Positions 42,060 through 51,836 of a stretch of 64,000 nucleotides of DNA are shown here, piece after piece. The stretch is from IMG/VR virus record IMGVR_UViG_3300045988_181613; one strand, 5' to 3'. The number at the start of each line of letters is the position of its first letter. The first letter of the stretch is position 1. The stretch comes from a virus. The notes under the pieces were generated by a model. The model was not told where the DNA came from, ran no database searches, and saw only the letters and a list, made by a program, of their open reading frames with translations. Made by a program: the position numbers and the translations under genes.

Positions 42060-44038
42060 ACCACTCTACTTATTCCGTCCACCTTTTCAACTTTTAAGGC
42101 AGCACATTTTACATTTTGATTACTTACCTGAGTCGTAATTAAAACAGGATACTGTATAAAATTTAACGCCTCAATTACATTATAGAGACCTTCTTCTGAG
42201 AGACCTTCTGTGATCTCATCCAGATAAAGTAATTTCAATCCACCATATCTATTTGTTGCGTTAATCATTGTTTGAATTGCCAAAATTAACGCAATTTCTA
42301 CCCGAGCTCTTTCACCTCCTGAATAATACCAGAAACTTTCTGCCTGCTCCCGAAATACATAAGGTGTTATTTCATCCTTTACATTTCCTTTTGAATCCTT
42401 TTTGAAAGATTCGATGATTAATCTCAAATCACTTCGTTCTTTCTGAAGAATTGTATTCGCCTGTGCTTGTATATTTTTAATTTGCTCAATAGCCAAGTAC
42501 ATTTTAAATTCCTTAAATCTATTGATCCATTGATTCTTCTTGAAAATCTGATCCGTAATTTCCGTGATCTTATCAGATTCAACTTTAATATTACCAGTAA
42601 TTTCCGTGATCTTATCTTCAATGAATTTGGTATCAATATCTTTAATTTCTTCATCTACTTGATTGATCTTCTTTTCCAAACTTTCAACTTCTTTCGCTCT
42701 ATCTTCCAATAAAGTTAAAGCATTTTCATTTCTTTCCGTTATAGATTTCATTTTCAATCTTACAGAAGATAAATCAGAAGTTGCTGATGAAATTTGATTT
42801 TCTAATCCTCGGATTTTATTGCGGGCTTCTTCCTCTTCTTCTTCCACAGAGTTTTTAGCGGTAATATAATCAGAAATTACAGCTTCATATTCTTTTAATT
42901 GATTAGTAATTTCCACATCACGTGCTGCTAAATCTTTATCCTCTTTGAATAATTTTTTCTGTTTTGCAAGTTCCAATTCTAAAGAGGTATCTTTCAATGT
43001 CAAAAATTCATGTTTACATTTAGGACAGGTAATTTTCCCTGCTAAATTGATGTGAATTTTCTGAAGTTCTTGTTTAATTTTCCCTCTTGTATGATTATTA
43101 ATTTCTTGCTTATTCAAATAGGTGTTTTGGCTTTCCTTTAATTGGAAAAGCTCATCTTTCAATTCCTTAATCGTTTCCTGGAAAGAAGTGATATCTGGAA
43201 GATCCTTTCTTTTATTTTCTAAGAGTTTTAAAAACTCCTCTTTTTCAGCCGCTTTCCTCGATAATTCATTATAAGTTTGATTTCTTTCTTCAATACCCTT
43301 ATCAATTGTTTCGACTTCATCCGCCAGTGCGTGGATCTTAGCTTCATAAGATGCAATTTTTTCTTCCCGCTCCTTTTTTAGATCTCGATTTAATTCCTTT
43401 TCCAATTGCTCTGAATAAACAATAAGCTTACCTTCCAGAATATTCTTTTCTTGTTCATAAGATCGTTTCTTTGCGTTTAAAGCATCGATCTGTGAATTGA
43501 TAACATCTTTCGTTTCGTCTATATAAGAAAAGTTAATAAAACGACTTATAAGAGCTAATTTCTCAGTATTTGAAGATCTGAAGAAAGACTTATAACATTC
43601 TTTGCAAATGATATAATAACTTTTCAGATCTTCTGGAGAAATTGCTAACCATTCTAAAATAAACCTATTACCATCCATAACATTGGCAAAATTCACTGGA
43701 TTACCATTTATTTTTAATGATAATTTACTACTCCCTTTAATAGGAATAGTCCTTTGAATTTCCAAGGTTTCTTTTCTTTGAGGGCAATAAGTTTCCAGAA
43801 GAACCCAAGCTTCTTCCGTTCCTCTTCGAACTAATTTTCTATCCAATACATTACGGATATTATTTCCTGTATATGCATAATAGATCATTTGTTGGATTCC
43901 AGATTTACCAGAACCATTACCCCCTTGATCTTCCTCTGTCTTATTATCCCCTGAAAGTGCTATAACACGATCTTCAAAAGAATATTTCAAATGAGCCCAG
44001 GAGAGGAAGTTCTTTGCTTCTAAATTAATCGGTTTCAT
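42056..44038 (-). CDS. sbcC: Rad50/SbcC-type ATPase
   Basis: Walker A GGNGSGKS; long coiled coil with central zinc hook CPKC; signature YSGGERARVEIAL; Walker B LLYLDEITEGL. Confidence 0.85.
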   Translation of the reverse strand: MKPINLEAKNFLSWAHLKYSFEDRVIALSGDNKTEEDQGGNGSGKSGIQQMIYYAYTGNNIRNVLDRKLVRRGTEEAWVLLETYCPQRKETLEIQRTIPIKGSSKLSLKINGNPVNFANVMDGNRFILEWLAISPEDLKSYYIICKECYKSFFRSSNTEKLALISRFINFSYIDETKDVINSQIDALNAKKRSYEQEKNILEGKLIVYSEQLEKELNRDLKKEREEKIASYEAKIHALADEVETIDKGIEERNQTYNELSRKAAEKEEFLKLLENKRKDLPDITSFQETIKELKDELFQLKESQNTYLNKQEINNHTRGKIKQELQKIHINLAGKITCPKCKHEFLTLKDTSLELELAKQKKLFKEDKDLAARDVEITNQLKEYEAVISDYITAKNSVEEEEEEARNKIRGLENQISSATSDLSSVRLKMKSITERNENALTLLEDRAKEVESLEKKINQVDEEIKDIDTKFIEDKITEITGNIKVESDKITEITDQIFKKNQWINRFKEFKMYLAIEQIKNIQAQANTILQKERSDLRLIIESFKKDSKGNVKDEITPYVFREQAESFWYYSGGERARVEIALILAIQTMINATNRYGGLKLLYLDEITEGLSEEGLYNVIEALNFIQYPVLITTQVSNQNVKCAALKVEKVDGISRVV

Positions 44039-45047
44039 CTTCTTCCTCCTTTGCTTCAGCCTCTTGAATAGCTTGTGTAGTTAAATCCTTTATTTCTTCT
44101 AACAAAGCAGAATCCTTTGCTAAAATCTCACGAACATTTGCCATACCTTGACCTAAACGATAAGAATCATCTCCTGATCCATAATAAAAGAAAGAACCTT
44201 TTTTAGTACAGATTTTATATTCAATCGCTAAATCAACAATTTCTTGTATCTGGTCGAAACCTATACCAAAACGAATCAAAATATCACATTTCCTGTAAGG
44301 TTTTGCTACTTTATTTTTCTTTACAGTGATTCGTGTTTTATTAGCAACGGTTTCCTCACCTTCTTTTTCAGAACCGATTCTTGCCATTTCAGCTCTTTGA
44401 CTGGAATAAAATCTTAATGCCCTACCTCCAGGAGTTTGAGTAGTAGCCGCTCCAAATCCAAAACCTCCGCCTACTTTATCTCGAATTTGATTAATACAAA
44501 ACAAGATGCAATTATTTTTCTTGCAAATATTTTTTAAAATATTTAATTGAGCAGACATTAATCTTGCTACTAAGGCCACTTTAGCATCCCCTGCTTCACC
44601 CATTAAAGTAGCAGTGGGAGTCAAGCCTGCAACGGAATCTAATACTACAAGACCAATAGCTGGTTCTTCACACATAATACGAACGATTTCCATTGCCTGT
44701 TCTGCATTATCTGGCTGAGATAAAATAAATTTTTCATCACTCATATCCAATCCAAGAGATTGCATATATTCAGGATCCATTGCCTGTTCAACATCCACGT
44801 ATCCGACTGCACGACCGGTTTTTTGCATTTCAACAGCTGCATGAATAGCTGCAGTAGTTTTCCCACAAGACTCTGGTCCATAGATTTCAATAATACGACC
44901 AATCGCCCAACCTCCACCTAAAGCTATATCTAATCCGAAAGAACCAGAATGTAAAAAATCAACATTTGCTGTTCCATGAGAAACAGCTTCTTTTCCAAAT
45001 TTCTTTTCGATTCGAGAAATCAAATCTTTAACCCCGTTTGTCGCCAT
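44025..45047 (-). CDS. recA: RecA recombinase
   Basis: SGSFGLDIALGGGWAIGRIIEIYGPESCGKTT...VGYVDVEQAMDPEY: near-canonical RecA core. Confidence 0.95.
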   Translation of the reverse strand: MATNGVKDLISRIEKKFGKEAVSHGTANVDFLHSGSFGLDIALGGGWAIGRIIEIYGPESCGKTTAAIHAAVEMQKTGRAVGYVDVEQAMDPEYMQSLGLDMSDEKFILSQPDNAEQAMEIVRIMCEEPAIGLVVLDSVAGLTPTATLMGEAGDAKVALVARLMSAQLNILKNICKKNNCILFCINQIRDKVGGGFGFGAATTQTPGGRALRFYSSQRAEMARIGSEKEGEETVANKTRITVKKNKVAKPYRKCDILIRFGIGFDQIQEIVDLAIEYKICTKKGSFFYYGSGDDSYRLGQGMANVREILAKDSALLEEIKDLTTQAIQEAEAKEEEDETD

Positions 45048-46074
45048 AAAGTATTTCTTTTAAAATTGTCATTCCTTCTTCATAATCATAAGAATTTTCT
45101 TCACAGAAGTTTTTAAATCGATCTGTGATATCCTCAGCAGAGAGAGCATTTACAGCTGAAATTCTTTCATCTGCATCAACACCTTCTATTTCATTAACCT
45201 TTTTCTTGATATCAATGCCAAGTTCCTGATATTCATGACTATCAAAAGATTGTACAGAATCTCCATTTCCTTTAACAATTACACGAAGATTAGCGCCTTC
45301 GTTTTCTTTTTTAAATTGATAGATTAATTCTTTAACCTGTTTTTGAGATACTTCCTCTAAATTAATTTCCAGTTTCTTAAAAGACACTCCTTTTGAAGGA
45401 ATCAAATCGAAGAAGATCTCTCCTTTTTCAAGAGAAAGTAACCAGAATCCCTTAAATTCATCATCACTAAAATCATTCTGAGAAAGACTTCCTAAATGCA
45501 GAATATTCCCTCCTATTTCTTGATAATTATGATAATGTCCAAGAAATACTTTTTGAAAGCTTTTAAACATAGAAGGCTTTATCCGATTCTCGACTTTTGT
45601 ACCATCATTATTAACACTTCCTGAAACGGCAAAATGACCAAACAAAAGACCTTCTTTTCCTTCAACTGCTTCCAGATTTTCATATAAAAGTTTATCTTCA
45701 AAAAAAGGTGCAAAATAGCAGTTGATCCCTTCTATATTTCGTACATCAATATCATCAATCAAATCAAAAGAAGGATGATACTTATATGCATCTAAAAAAG
45801 AATCTCTACTGTTATAATTCGTTTTATCATGATTTCCAGGAATACATATAATCTGATGACCGGCTTCATCATACATCTCAATTATACGCGTCAATCCATT
45901 TAATATATCCTGTCTTTGGCTTACTCTTGAATCAAAAATATCTCCTAACCAAATATGTAATTTAGTTCCATGATTATTTGCTTCAATAATTTCTTGTTCA
46001 TTGAGCTTTATAATCTGTTCCAAATTTTTGGATTGAAGATGCCAGTCAGTACTTATTACTGCTATATTTTTCAT
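45028..46074 (-). CDS. sbcD: Mre11/SbcD-type nuclease
   Basis: Phosphoesterase motifs DWH, GDIFD, GNHD, GHFA, GHYH in order. Confidence 0.85.
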   Translation of the reverse strand: MKNIAVISTDWHLQSKNLEQIIKLNEQEIIEANNHGTKLHIWLGDIFDSRVSQRQDILNGLTRIIEMYDEAGHQIICIPGNHDKTNYNSRDSFLDAYKYHPSFDLIDDIDVRNIEGINCYFAPFFEDKLLYENLEAVEGKEGLLFGHFAVSGSVNNDGTKVENRIKPSMFKSFQKVFLGHYHNYQEIGGNILHLGSLSQNDFSDDEFKGFWLLSLEKGEIFFDLIPSKGVSFKKLEINLEEVSQKQVKELIYQFKKENEGANLRVIVKGNGDSVQSFDSHEYQELGIDIKKKVNEIEGVDADERISAVNALSAEDITDRFKNFCEENSYDYEEGMTILKEILYGDKRG

Positions 46075-46330
46075 TATCTTGCTTATAATTTATCTAACAT
46101 TTTGTCGCCCATTTCCTGCCAATCATCACTCGCACTTATACATAATCCTATAAGAGTTAATGATAATAATAGAGTTGTGATAATCCAAAACAAAAAGCAA
46201 ATAAAGACATAAAACATTTCATAATTTCAATTATTAAGATAAATCGCTCATGCCACTATCTCCATGATAAGGATTAATCCAAATACTTATAATACAAATA
46301 ATGGCAATGAGCGATATGATATACCCCATT

Positions 46331-47683
46331 TTATGATCTTCTGTTTTTAGTCAGATTTGCTAATCGACTTTTTGCAGCAGAGAGAGTGTCATCTCCTTTT
46401 GTAGTTTTCGATTCATCAATAGGAGAGTCTTCGTTTTCTCCTGTTTCATCAAAAGGGAGTCCATCAGGATCATTTTTGTATTCTTCAAAAGGAAGCATTC
46501 GACCCTCCATGGCAAGATCGTACCAACGGCGTAATTCGACCAACGGAAGATCTTCCGGTAATTTTTCGGTATCTTCATACTCTGTCCGAATATAATCTTC
46601 CAGAAAAGCTTTCAATTTAATCAAAGGAGGATACTTTTGCACTTGACTGGCAGCTGCAGCTGCTGCCGGACGTGTAATATTTTGAGCCGGTACTGCTTTC
46701 GTATCGCGTGTAGTTTTTTCTTCTTGGTGTTTAGCTTCCTTATCTTCTGAAGATTTATCTTCTTCCGGAAGAAGAGCTTCCATTTCTTGAAGTTCATCCA
46801 GAAAAGCATCATTTTGGAAAATATTGTAACCCTGTTCTTCATCGAAACGCTGCAAACCGTCTAATGCCATATCCCAATCTTTGCGGCCATAACAATTGAC
46901 ATAAGCTTCATCTAAAGAAGGGACTTTAGTCAATTTTTCCAGAAAAGCATCTGACAATGCTGATGCTTCAAAAAATTCTTCCCAAGATTGACCTCTTTGC
47001 AAAGAAGCAGCATAAACAATAAACTTAGCCTTCTTCTTTCCTTTCTTATCCTCTTCATAAGTCTTTTCAATACAAAGGGGATATCCTTCTGTAGGATCAC
47101 TGAAAATATCCAGAGACAAAGTATCTTTTGAGCTGGCCTTGATACTTTCAGTTTTCATATCCTTCATCCACTGAGGTCTGAGCTGAAGTTTCTTTACTTC
47201 GCCGTTGTCGTTGACATAACAAACATATCCTAAAATAGGACTGATTCCCCAAACCCAACCTTTCTTACCATTATAACCGGTAATAGGAGCCAAGAATTTA
47301 TTTTTTTCATCGGTATCCTGGATTTCATCTGCTAATTCATATGCATACTTAATATATGATGCAATAGGATCCTTTCCTCCTAAAACATCTGTTCCATGAA
47401 CATCAGCACAGAAAACATTTTTGTCTTTCACCTCTTTACCGGTTACATTTCCTTGTCCGTCATAAACCGGAACTTCTACTGGTAACTTTGAAGTTTTTAC
47501 AGGCGCATAAGCCATTCCTGTTTCAGAAGGACATACACGAAAAACATTCAAACCATCTTCCACAGTAACAAATTGAACCCAATTACTACCACCGGAAGAT
47601 GGCATTGTTGCTTCAGCTTTTTTTGAAATAGTTTCAATTGCCTGTAAACTCGTTTTCTTAAATTTTGATCTGTCAAATGCCAT
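46331..47683 (-). CDS. Single-stranded DNA-binding protein, gp32-like (tentative)
   Basis: N-terminus (MAFDRSKFKKTS...GGSNWVQFVTVEDGLNVFRVCP) parallels T4 gp32 layout; Ala-run linker; acidic C-terminal tail; replication-module context. Confidence 0.4.
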   Translation of the reverse strand: MAFDRSKFKKTSLQAIETISKKAEATMPSSGGSNWVQFVTVEDGLNVFRVCPSETGMAYAPVKTSKLPVEVPVYDGQGNVTGKEVKDKNVFCADVHGTDVLGGKDPIASYIKYAYELADEIQDTDEKNKFLAPITGYNGKKGWVWGISPILGYVCYVNDNGEVKKLQLRPQWMKDMKTESIKASSKDTLSLDIFSDPTEGYPLCIEKTYEEDKKGKKKAKFIVYAASLQRGQSWEEFFEASALSDAFLEKLTKVPSLDEAYVNCYGRKDWDMALDGLQRFDEEQGYNIFQNDAFLDELQEMEALLPEEDKSSEDKEAKHQEEKTTRDTKAVPAQNITRPAAAAAASQVQKYPPLIKLKAFLEDYIRTEYEDTEKLPEDLPLVELRRWYDLAMEGRMLPFEEYKNDPDGLPFDETGENEDSPIDESKTTKGDDTLSAAKSRLANLTKNRRS

Positions 47684-47688
47684 TTTCT

Positions 47689-47982
47689 TTACTTTTTAAA
47701 TTGATTAATATTTTTCTTTAACTCTTTTAAAATTTCTCCTTGAATCTTTTCAAATTTCTCCACAAATTGTTCTAAATTCATCTTTTCTTCTTGCGTCATA
47801 TCTAATTCATAAAATGCAGCTTTCTTTGCAATAAATTCAAGATCTAATCCAGAAGAGACGTTCTTTTCCACTTCTTTCATTTCTCCTTTACGGATTCCTT
47901 TAGAAACTGTGTATAAGTCCCATGCAAATGGAGCATACGCACATTGTTCGATAAAAATATTTTTAGTTAAATAAATTCTCAT
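47689..47982 (-). CDS. Hypothetical protein
   Basis: 97-aa ORF. Confidence 0.55.
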   Translation of the reverse strand: MRIYLTKNIFIEQCAYAPFAWDLYTVSKGIRKGEMKEVEKNVSSGLDLEFIAKKAAFYELDMTQEEKMNLEQFVEKFEKIQGEILKELKKNINQFKK

Positions 47983-48554
47983 CCTTCTATCTTTTTAATT
48001 GTAATTGTATTAACCACACCTTCAATTAATTCATCAAAAAACTCTTTTGGAGTTATTTTGGGTAAAATATTATTAAGCTTCTTATCTTTAGATTGTAAAG
48101 CCCAATAAAGAGAATCTACATAGCCTAAATCTTTTTCTGCTGAGATAATTCTTTTTTGTAAAACCTGATAGCCTCTGTCTCCAATAATAGCTTCCATTAA
48201 ACTATTTTCTGTCAGCTTAATCGAATCATCTCCAAGTTTAACTCTTCCGCCATTTAGCAGTGCTTCCTTGCGAAACTTTCTTTTTAAATCCGCTTCGTAA
48301 ATATTGCATTCTAACTTTACAGAAGATAGAATTGCCTGTGCATCAGCTCTCAATCCACCTACCTTATTCATCAATGCAGCACAGGTTACAGCTTCTCCAT
48401 AGATGTTTCCGTAATCAATAGAAGTTACGACATCCATATCAATTTCGGAAACATCATCACTGGAAATCAATACTATGTTTCTCTTATCATCTAAAGGAAT
48501 TAATTGTCTCATATTTTCTTTTCTTATTAATGTATGTTTCAATCCACGCTTCAT
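47979..48554 (-). CDS. Hypothetical protein
   Basis: 191-aa ORF; TATTTTTA box 48588..48595 is 34 nt upstream. Confidence 0.55.
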   Translation of the reverse strand: MKRGLKHTLIRKENMRQLIPLDDKRNIVLISSDDVSEIDMDVVTSIDYGNIYGEAVTCAALMNKVGGLRADAQAILSSVKLECNIYEADLKRKFRKEALLNGGRVKLGDDSIKLTENSLMEAIIGDRGYQVLQKRIISAEKDLGYVDSLYWALQSKDKKLNNILPKITPKEFFDELIEGVVNTITIKKIEG

Positions 48555-48587
48555 AAAGACGCGACATTCATCTTTCTTATTAATGTA

Positions 48588-48595
48588 TAAAAATA
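48588..48595 (-). promoter_or_regulatory. TATTTTTA promoter-like box
   Basis: 34 nt upstream of ATG 48554; variant box. Confidence 0.35.
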
Positions 48596-48625
48596 CGAAG
48601 AATTTTTCTTATAAACAATATCCCT

Positions 48626-50633
48626 TTAAACAATACTCATCCCAATAAACTCAGTATAATTACTTGTCTGAAGCACATATTCATCATGGAATTTATTATA
48701 TAAAATAAAGCCATTTAACAATAAAAGATTTCCTTCACAACCTCTCAAAAATTCACCATAATCTTCGAAAAGTTCTGGATAAACAAGCACTTTTATAAAC
48801 TCATAATTACTTTCAAGAACTAAATTACAGAATGGTCCTTTTTTAGATTTTCTCTCTTGAATCTCTAAAACATAACCTCCCATTGCAACTTGATTGTCAG
48901 AAGTGGCTTTCCATTTCTTCAAATCTTCAGCACTTATAAAATTGACATCCTTTCCAATATTCGGAGAAAGATAAGTCTTTACAAGTGTTTTATAATCAAA
49001 GAAACCAAAACCTGATTTTTTCTTTTGTTGCAGTTGCCACCACCATTCTAAAGATGTTTTTCCTTTTTCATGCGCAATTGTATAGTCATCTTTAGTAGGA
49101 TCGATCTTAACCTTTTGATTTTTCCTATACTGTTGCAATAAGGTTTCTCTCTGTAAAAACGGTGAACCATCACTTTGATTTAATTTATCAAAAGCACCTG
49201 AATAAATTAAATTTTCTATGACAGATTTATTTACAGCCGATCCTTTAAAAAGATGCCTGTCAAGAAATTCTTCAAAAGAAAAATAAGGTCCATTTTCTTT
49301 CCTTTCTGAAATAAGTTGCGCCTGTGCTTTTTCTCCAACCTGATCGACTGAATTTAATGCCCAATACATACTATTGGTGGTAGGATCACTTATAATATTT
49401 ATCTCAGATTTGTTGATGTCAACTGGACGAATTTCTATATCACCAGAATTTCTAATCTCATTAATATAATAAGGGAAATCATCCATACTACCTCGACTAA
49501 ATGCTACTGACCAAAATTCAATAGGATAATGAACTTTCAGCCATTCACAATTATATCCATTTATTGAGTAAGCTACTGAATGCGACTTATTAAATAAATA
49601 AGAGGAAGCTTTTACAATTTCATCCCAAAAATCCTTTGCATATTCTGGTGTAACGCCATGACGAGAACAATATCCTTCAATAAACTTTGTTTCCAAAGAT
49701 TTAATTACATCGATCTTTTTCTTACCCATTGCCTTACGAGCAGTATCACAAGTAACAAGATCCATTCCAGCTAATTCATGCATCAAAGCCATTACCTGTT
49801 CTTGATATACAAATAAGCCGTAAGTCTGCCCTAATATTTCTTCTGTTCCTATATGATATTCTACTTCTCGTTCTCCAGATCTTCTAAGTAAGTACTCATT
49901 GTGGAAATTATTTTCTATTGTACCAGGACGATATAAAGCTGCGCAGTCGCTAAGTTCATCAATACTCGAAGGACCCATCTGAACACAATAAGAAGACAAA
50001 CCTTTTGCACCAAAGTGAAATACATCTCCTAAGAACCCTTTCTGGAAATAAGAAAAAACTTTTTTATCATCCAGAGGAATATCTTTGTAGAGATCGATTC
50101 TTTTTCCGTGATGTTCTTCAACAAGATTCAATATATCTGTAAATTTATCCAATTGCTCAATTCCAAGAACGTCTTCTTTTAAGAAACCAGCAGCATCTAA
50201 TTCCCCACCTTCCCATTCACTGACAATCATATCTTTTTGCTTTCGAACAGGCACCCACTCATACATTGTTTTATTATCAGGGAAAATCATCATAGCGCAT
50301 GCATGAATAGAAGCTGCTTTTGGTTGTCCGAGAATAAGTAACATGTCATTGAACATGTCCGAGTACTTCTTCACAAAGTTTCTCAATTCCTCACTGGCAC
50401 AAACTGTTTTCCAAAAGTCATCTGCTGTTTTTTCTTTTTCTAATCCTAATTTACTGGTAAATCGTCTAACCGTAGGAATATCAACTCCTTCTTGACGGCA
50501 AAGGTCTGTTATAGCTGCCTTTAATTGCAAAGTAGTATAGGTACCTACGGAACATACTTGTGATTGACCGAATCTTTGTTCCATATATTCTTTTACTAAA
50601 GGACGTTGTTCTCCACCGAAGTCAGTATCGACT
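48626..50633 (-). CDS. dnaE: DNA polymerase III alpha subunit, C-terminal coding segment (3' exon)
   Basis: The frame is open from just after a TGA (50636..50634): (V)VDTDFGGEQRPLVKEYMEQRFGQSQVCSVGTYTT. It aligns residue-for-residue with the DnaE catalytic PDxDxDF...R..V..Y....YG...TFGT block. There is no start codon before Met 50584. Confidence 0.85.
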
Positions 50634-50701
50634 CACTCAAATATCCGGCAGCGACCCACCTTGAAGTCTTTGCCGGATATTCTTCTTTATAGTTTTAATT
50701 G

Positions 50702-51487
50702 TTAACATTTTATTTCTCCTCTCAAATTATTAATTAATTCTTCTACGTTTTCAGGAACTTTATTAGATTTAGACGGGTTGTCTTCAGCCCATAGAGGTTG
50801 TAAATTTCTGAAATTGAAACAAATCCTTTGTTGCTCTAAATCAGAAAGATCAAAGTAATCACAAGGAATAATATGATCAACATGCCATTCTCCCATATTT
50901 TTCCAGGTCATTCCTTCTTGGAACTGAGATTCAAGATACTGCTTTAACTTTAAAGGAGTACATCCTAACAGTTCAATCGTTTTTGCACATTTACATTCTC
51001 CGATTAAAGCACTATGAAGTCTATGTCTTAATCTTGAGATTAACCTTTTTAAGGGATCTCTTTCTCTAATACGAGACCATTCCTTTATCTTTTCGGGATT
51101 GTTAATTCTATAATCCTTTATCTTTTCAATAATAATATCCCTGTTTTTTTGATAATATAAAGGATTATATTCTTTCATGTACCCAGGATTTTCTGTTCTA
51201 AAAATTTGTAACATGTTCTTATTACATTCTTTACAAGAACAACTATACCCATCAATTCTACCAATATCTTTATTAAAAAAACTTATTGGTAAGATTCTTC
51301 CACAACGTTGGCATTTCTTTTCAAAAACTTCTTTTTTTTCTTTATTTCTATTATTTTTTCTATTTTTAGCAACCTCCTTTTTATTACATTCCTTGCAATA
51401 AGAATTATATCCATCCTTACTGGCAGAACATTTATAAAATTCTGAGAGCTCCTTATTTTCTTTACATTTTATACAATATTTCATCAT
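50702..51487 (-). mobile_element. Zn-ribbon + HNH homing-endonuclease-like gene (family member 2), inside the dnaE intron
   Basis: Two CxxC...C(K)xC modules (CIKCKEN...YCKECN; CQRCGRI...CSCKECN), then LLGC...QFQEGMTW...WHVDHIIPC...NLQPLWAEDN. Confidence 0.8.
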
Positions 51488-51509
51488 TTAAAATTTTATC
51501 GTTCTTCTG

Positions 51510-51517
51510 TAAAGATA
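51510..51517 (-). promoter_or_regulatory. TATCTTTA promoter box inside the dnaE intron
   Basis: GCATTATCTTTACAG, 23 nt upstream of ATG 51487 of the intron-borne HNH gene. Confidence 0.5.
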
Positions 51518-51615
51518 ATGCTTTTATTTCAATTATTTGATCGTTTCTTGAAATTTTTAATATTTTTTCTGCCTCTATTTCAAATTCATCGTTTATTAAA
51601 ATCATTTCCACATCA

Positions 51616-51728
51616 ACTTTCTTACCTAAACGGCCAGATGATAAAAATCTTTCAAAAAGAAGATTATATTTCAATGGATTTACATTAGTAATTCCAAGTA
51701 AATAGGAACATAGACATCCTGCTGCTGA
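51616..51728 (-). CDS. dnaE: DNA polymerase III alpha subunit, middle coding segment (between intein and intron)
   Basis: SAAGCLCSYLLGITNVNPLKYNLLFERFLSSGRLGKKV: the DnaE GxGRGSAAGSLV..LGIT..P....LLFERFLN motif. The rest of track ORF 51462..51893 is intron read-through. Confidence 0.8.
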
Positions 51729-51836
51729 ATTATGAACAGTTATATTATTTACCGTATAAGAATGATGTCTATTATCAACCTGAAGATCATAAACCTTCCC
51801 TGAATAATTTATATATTTCTTCTTTTGTAATTTCAT
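51729..51836 (-). mobile_element. DnaE intein C-terminal splicing segment (36 aa)
   Basis: MKLQKKKYINYSGKVYDLQVDNRHHSYTVNNITVHN followed by Ser+1 (51728..51726). Same length and block F/G pattern as split-intein C-fragments. Different frame from the N-part, overlapping it by 50 nt. Confidence 0.75.

Larger units (their letters stand above)
50634..51615 (-). mobile_element. Probable group I intron in dnaE carrying an HNH gene (boundaries inferred, +/- a few nt)
   Basis: 5' exon ends ...AAAGU (51616). Proposed intron ends ...UUGAGUG (G at 50634). Joining gives FERFLSSGRLGKKV-VDTDF with E. coli-like spacing. 10-bp stem ATATCCGGCA/TGCCGGATAT at 50641..50680. Internal ORF has its own TATCTTTA box. 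Confidence 0.6.

Noticed and set aside
51462-51615. C-terminal 51 codons of track ORF 51462..51893 (VDVEMILINDEFEIEAEKILK...)
   Set aside because: The sequence is unrelated to DnaE, whereas the true continuation (VDTDFGGEQR...) lies 982 nt downstream. I interpret it as read-through into the intron.
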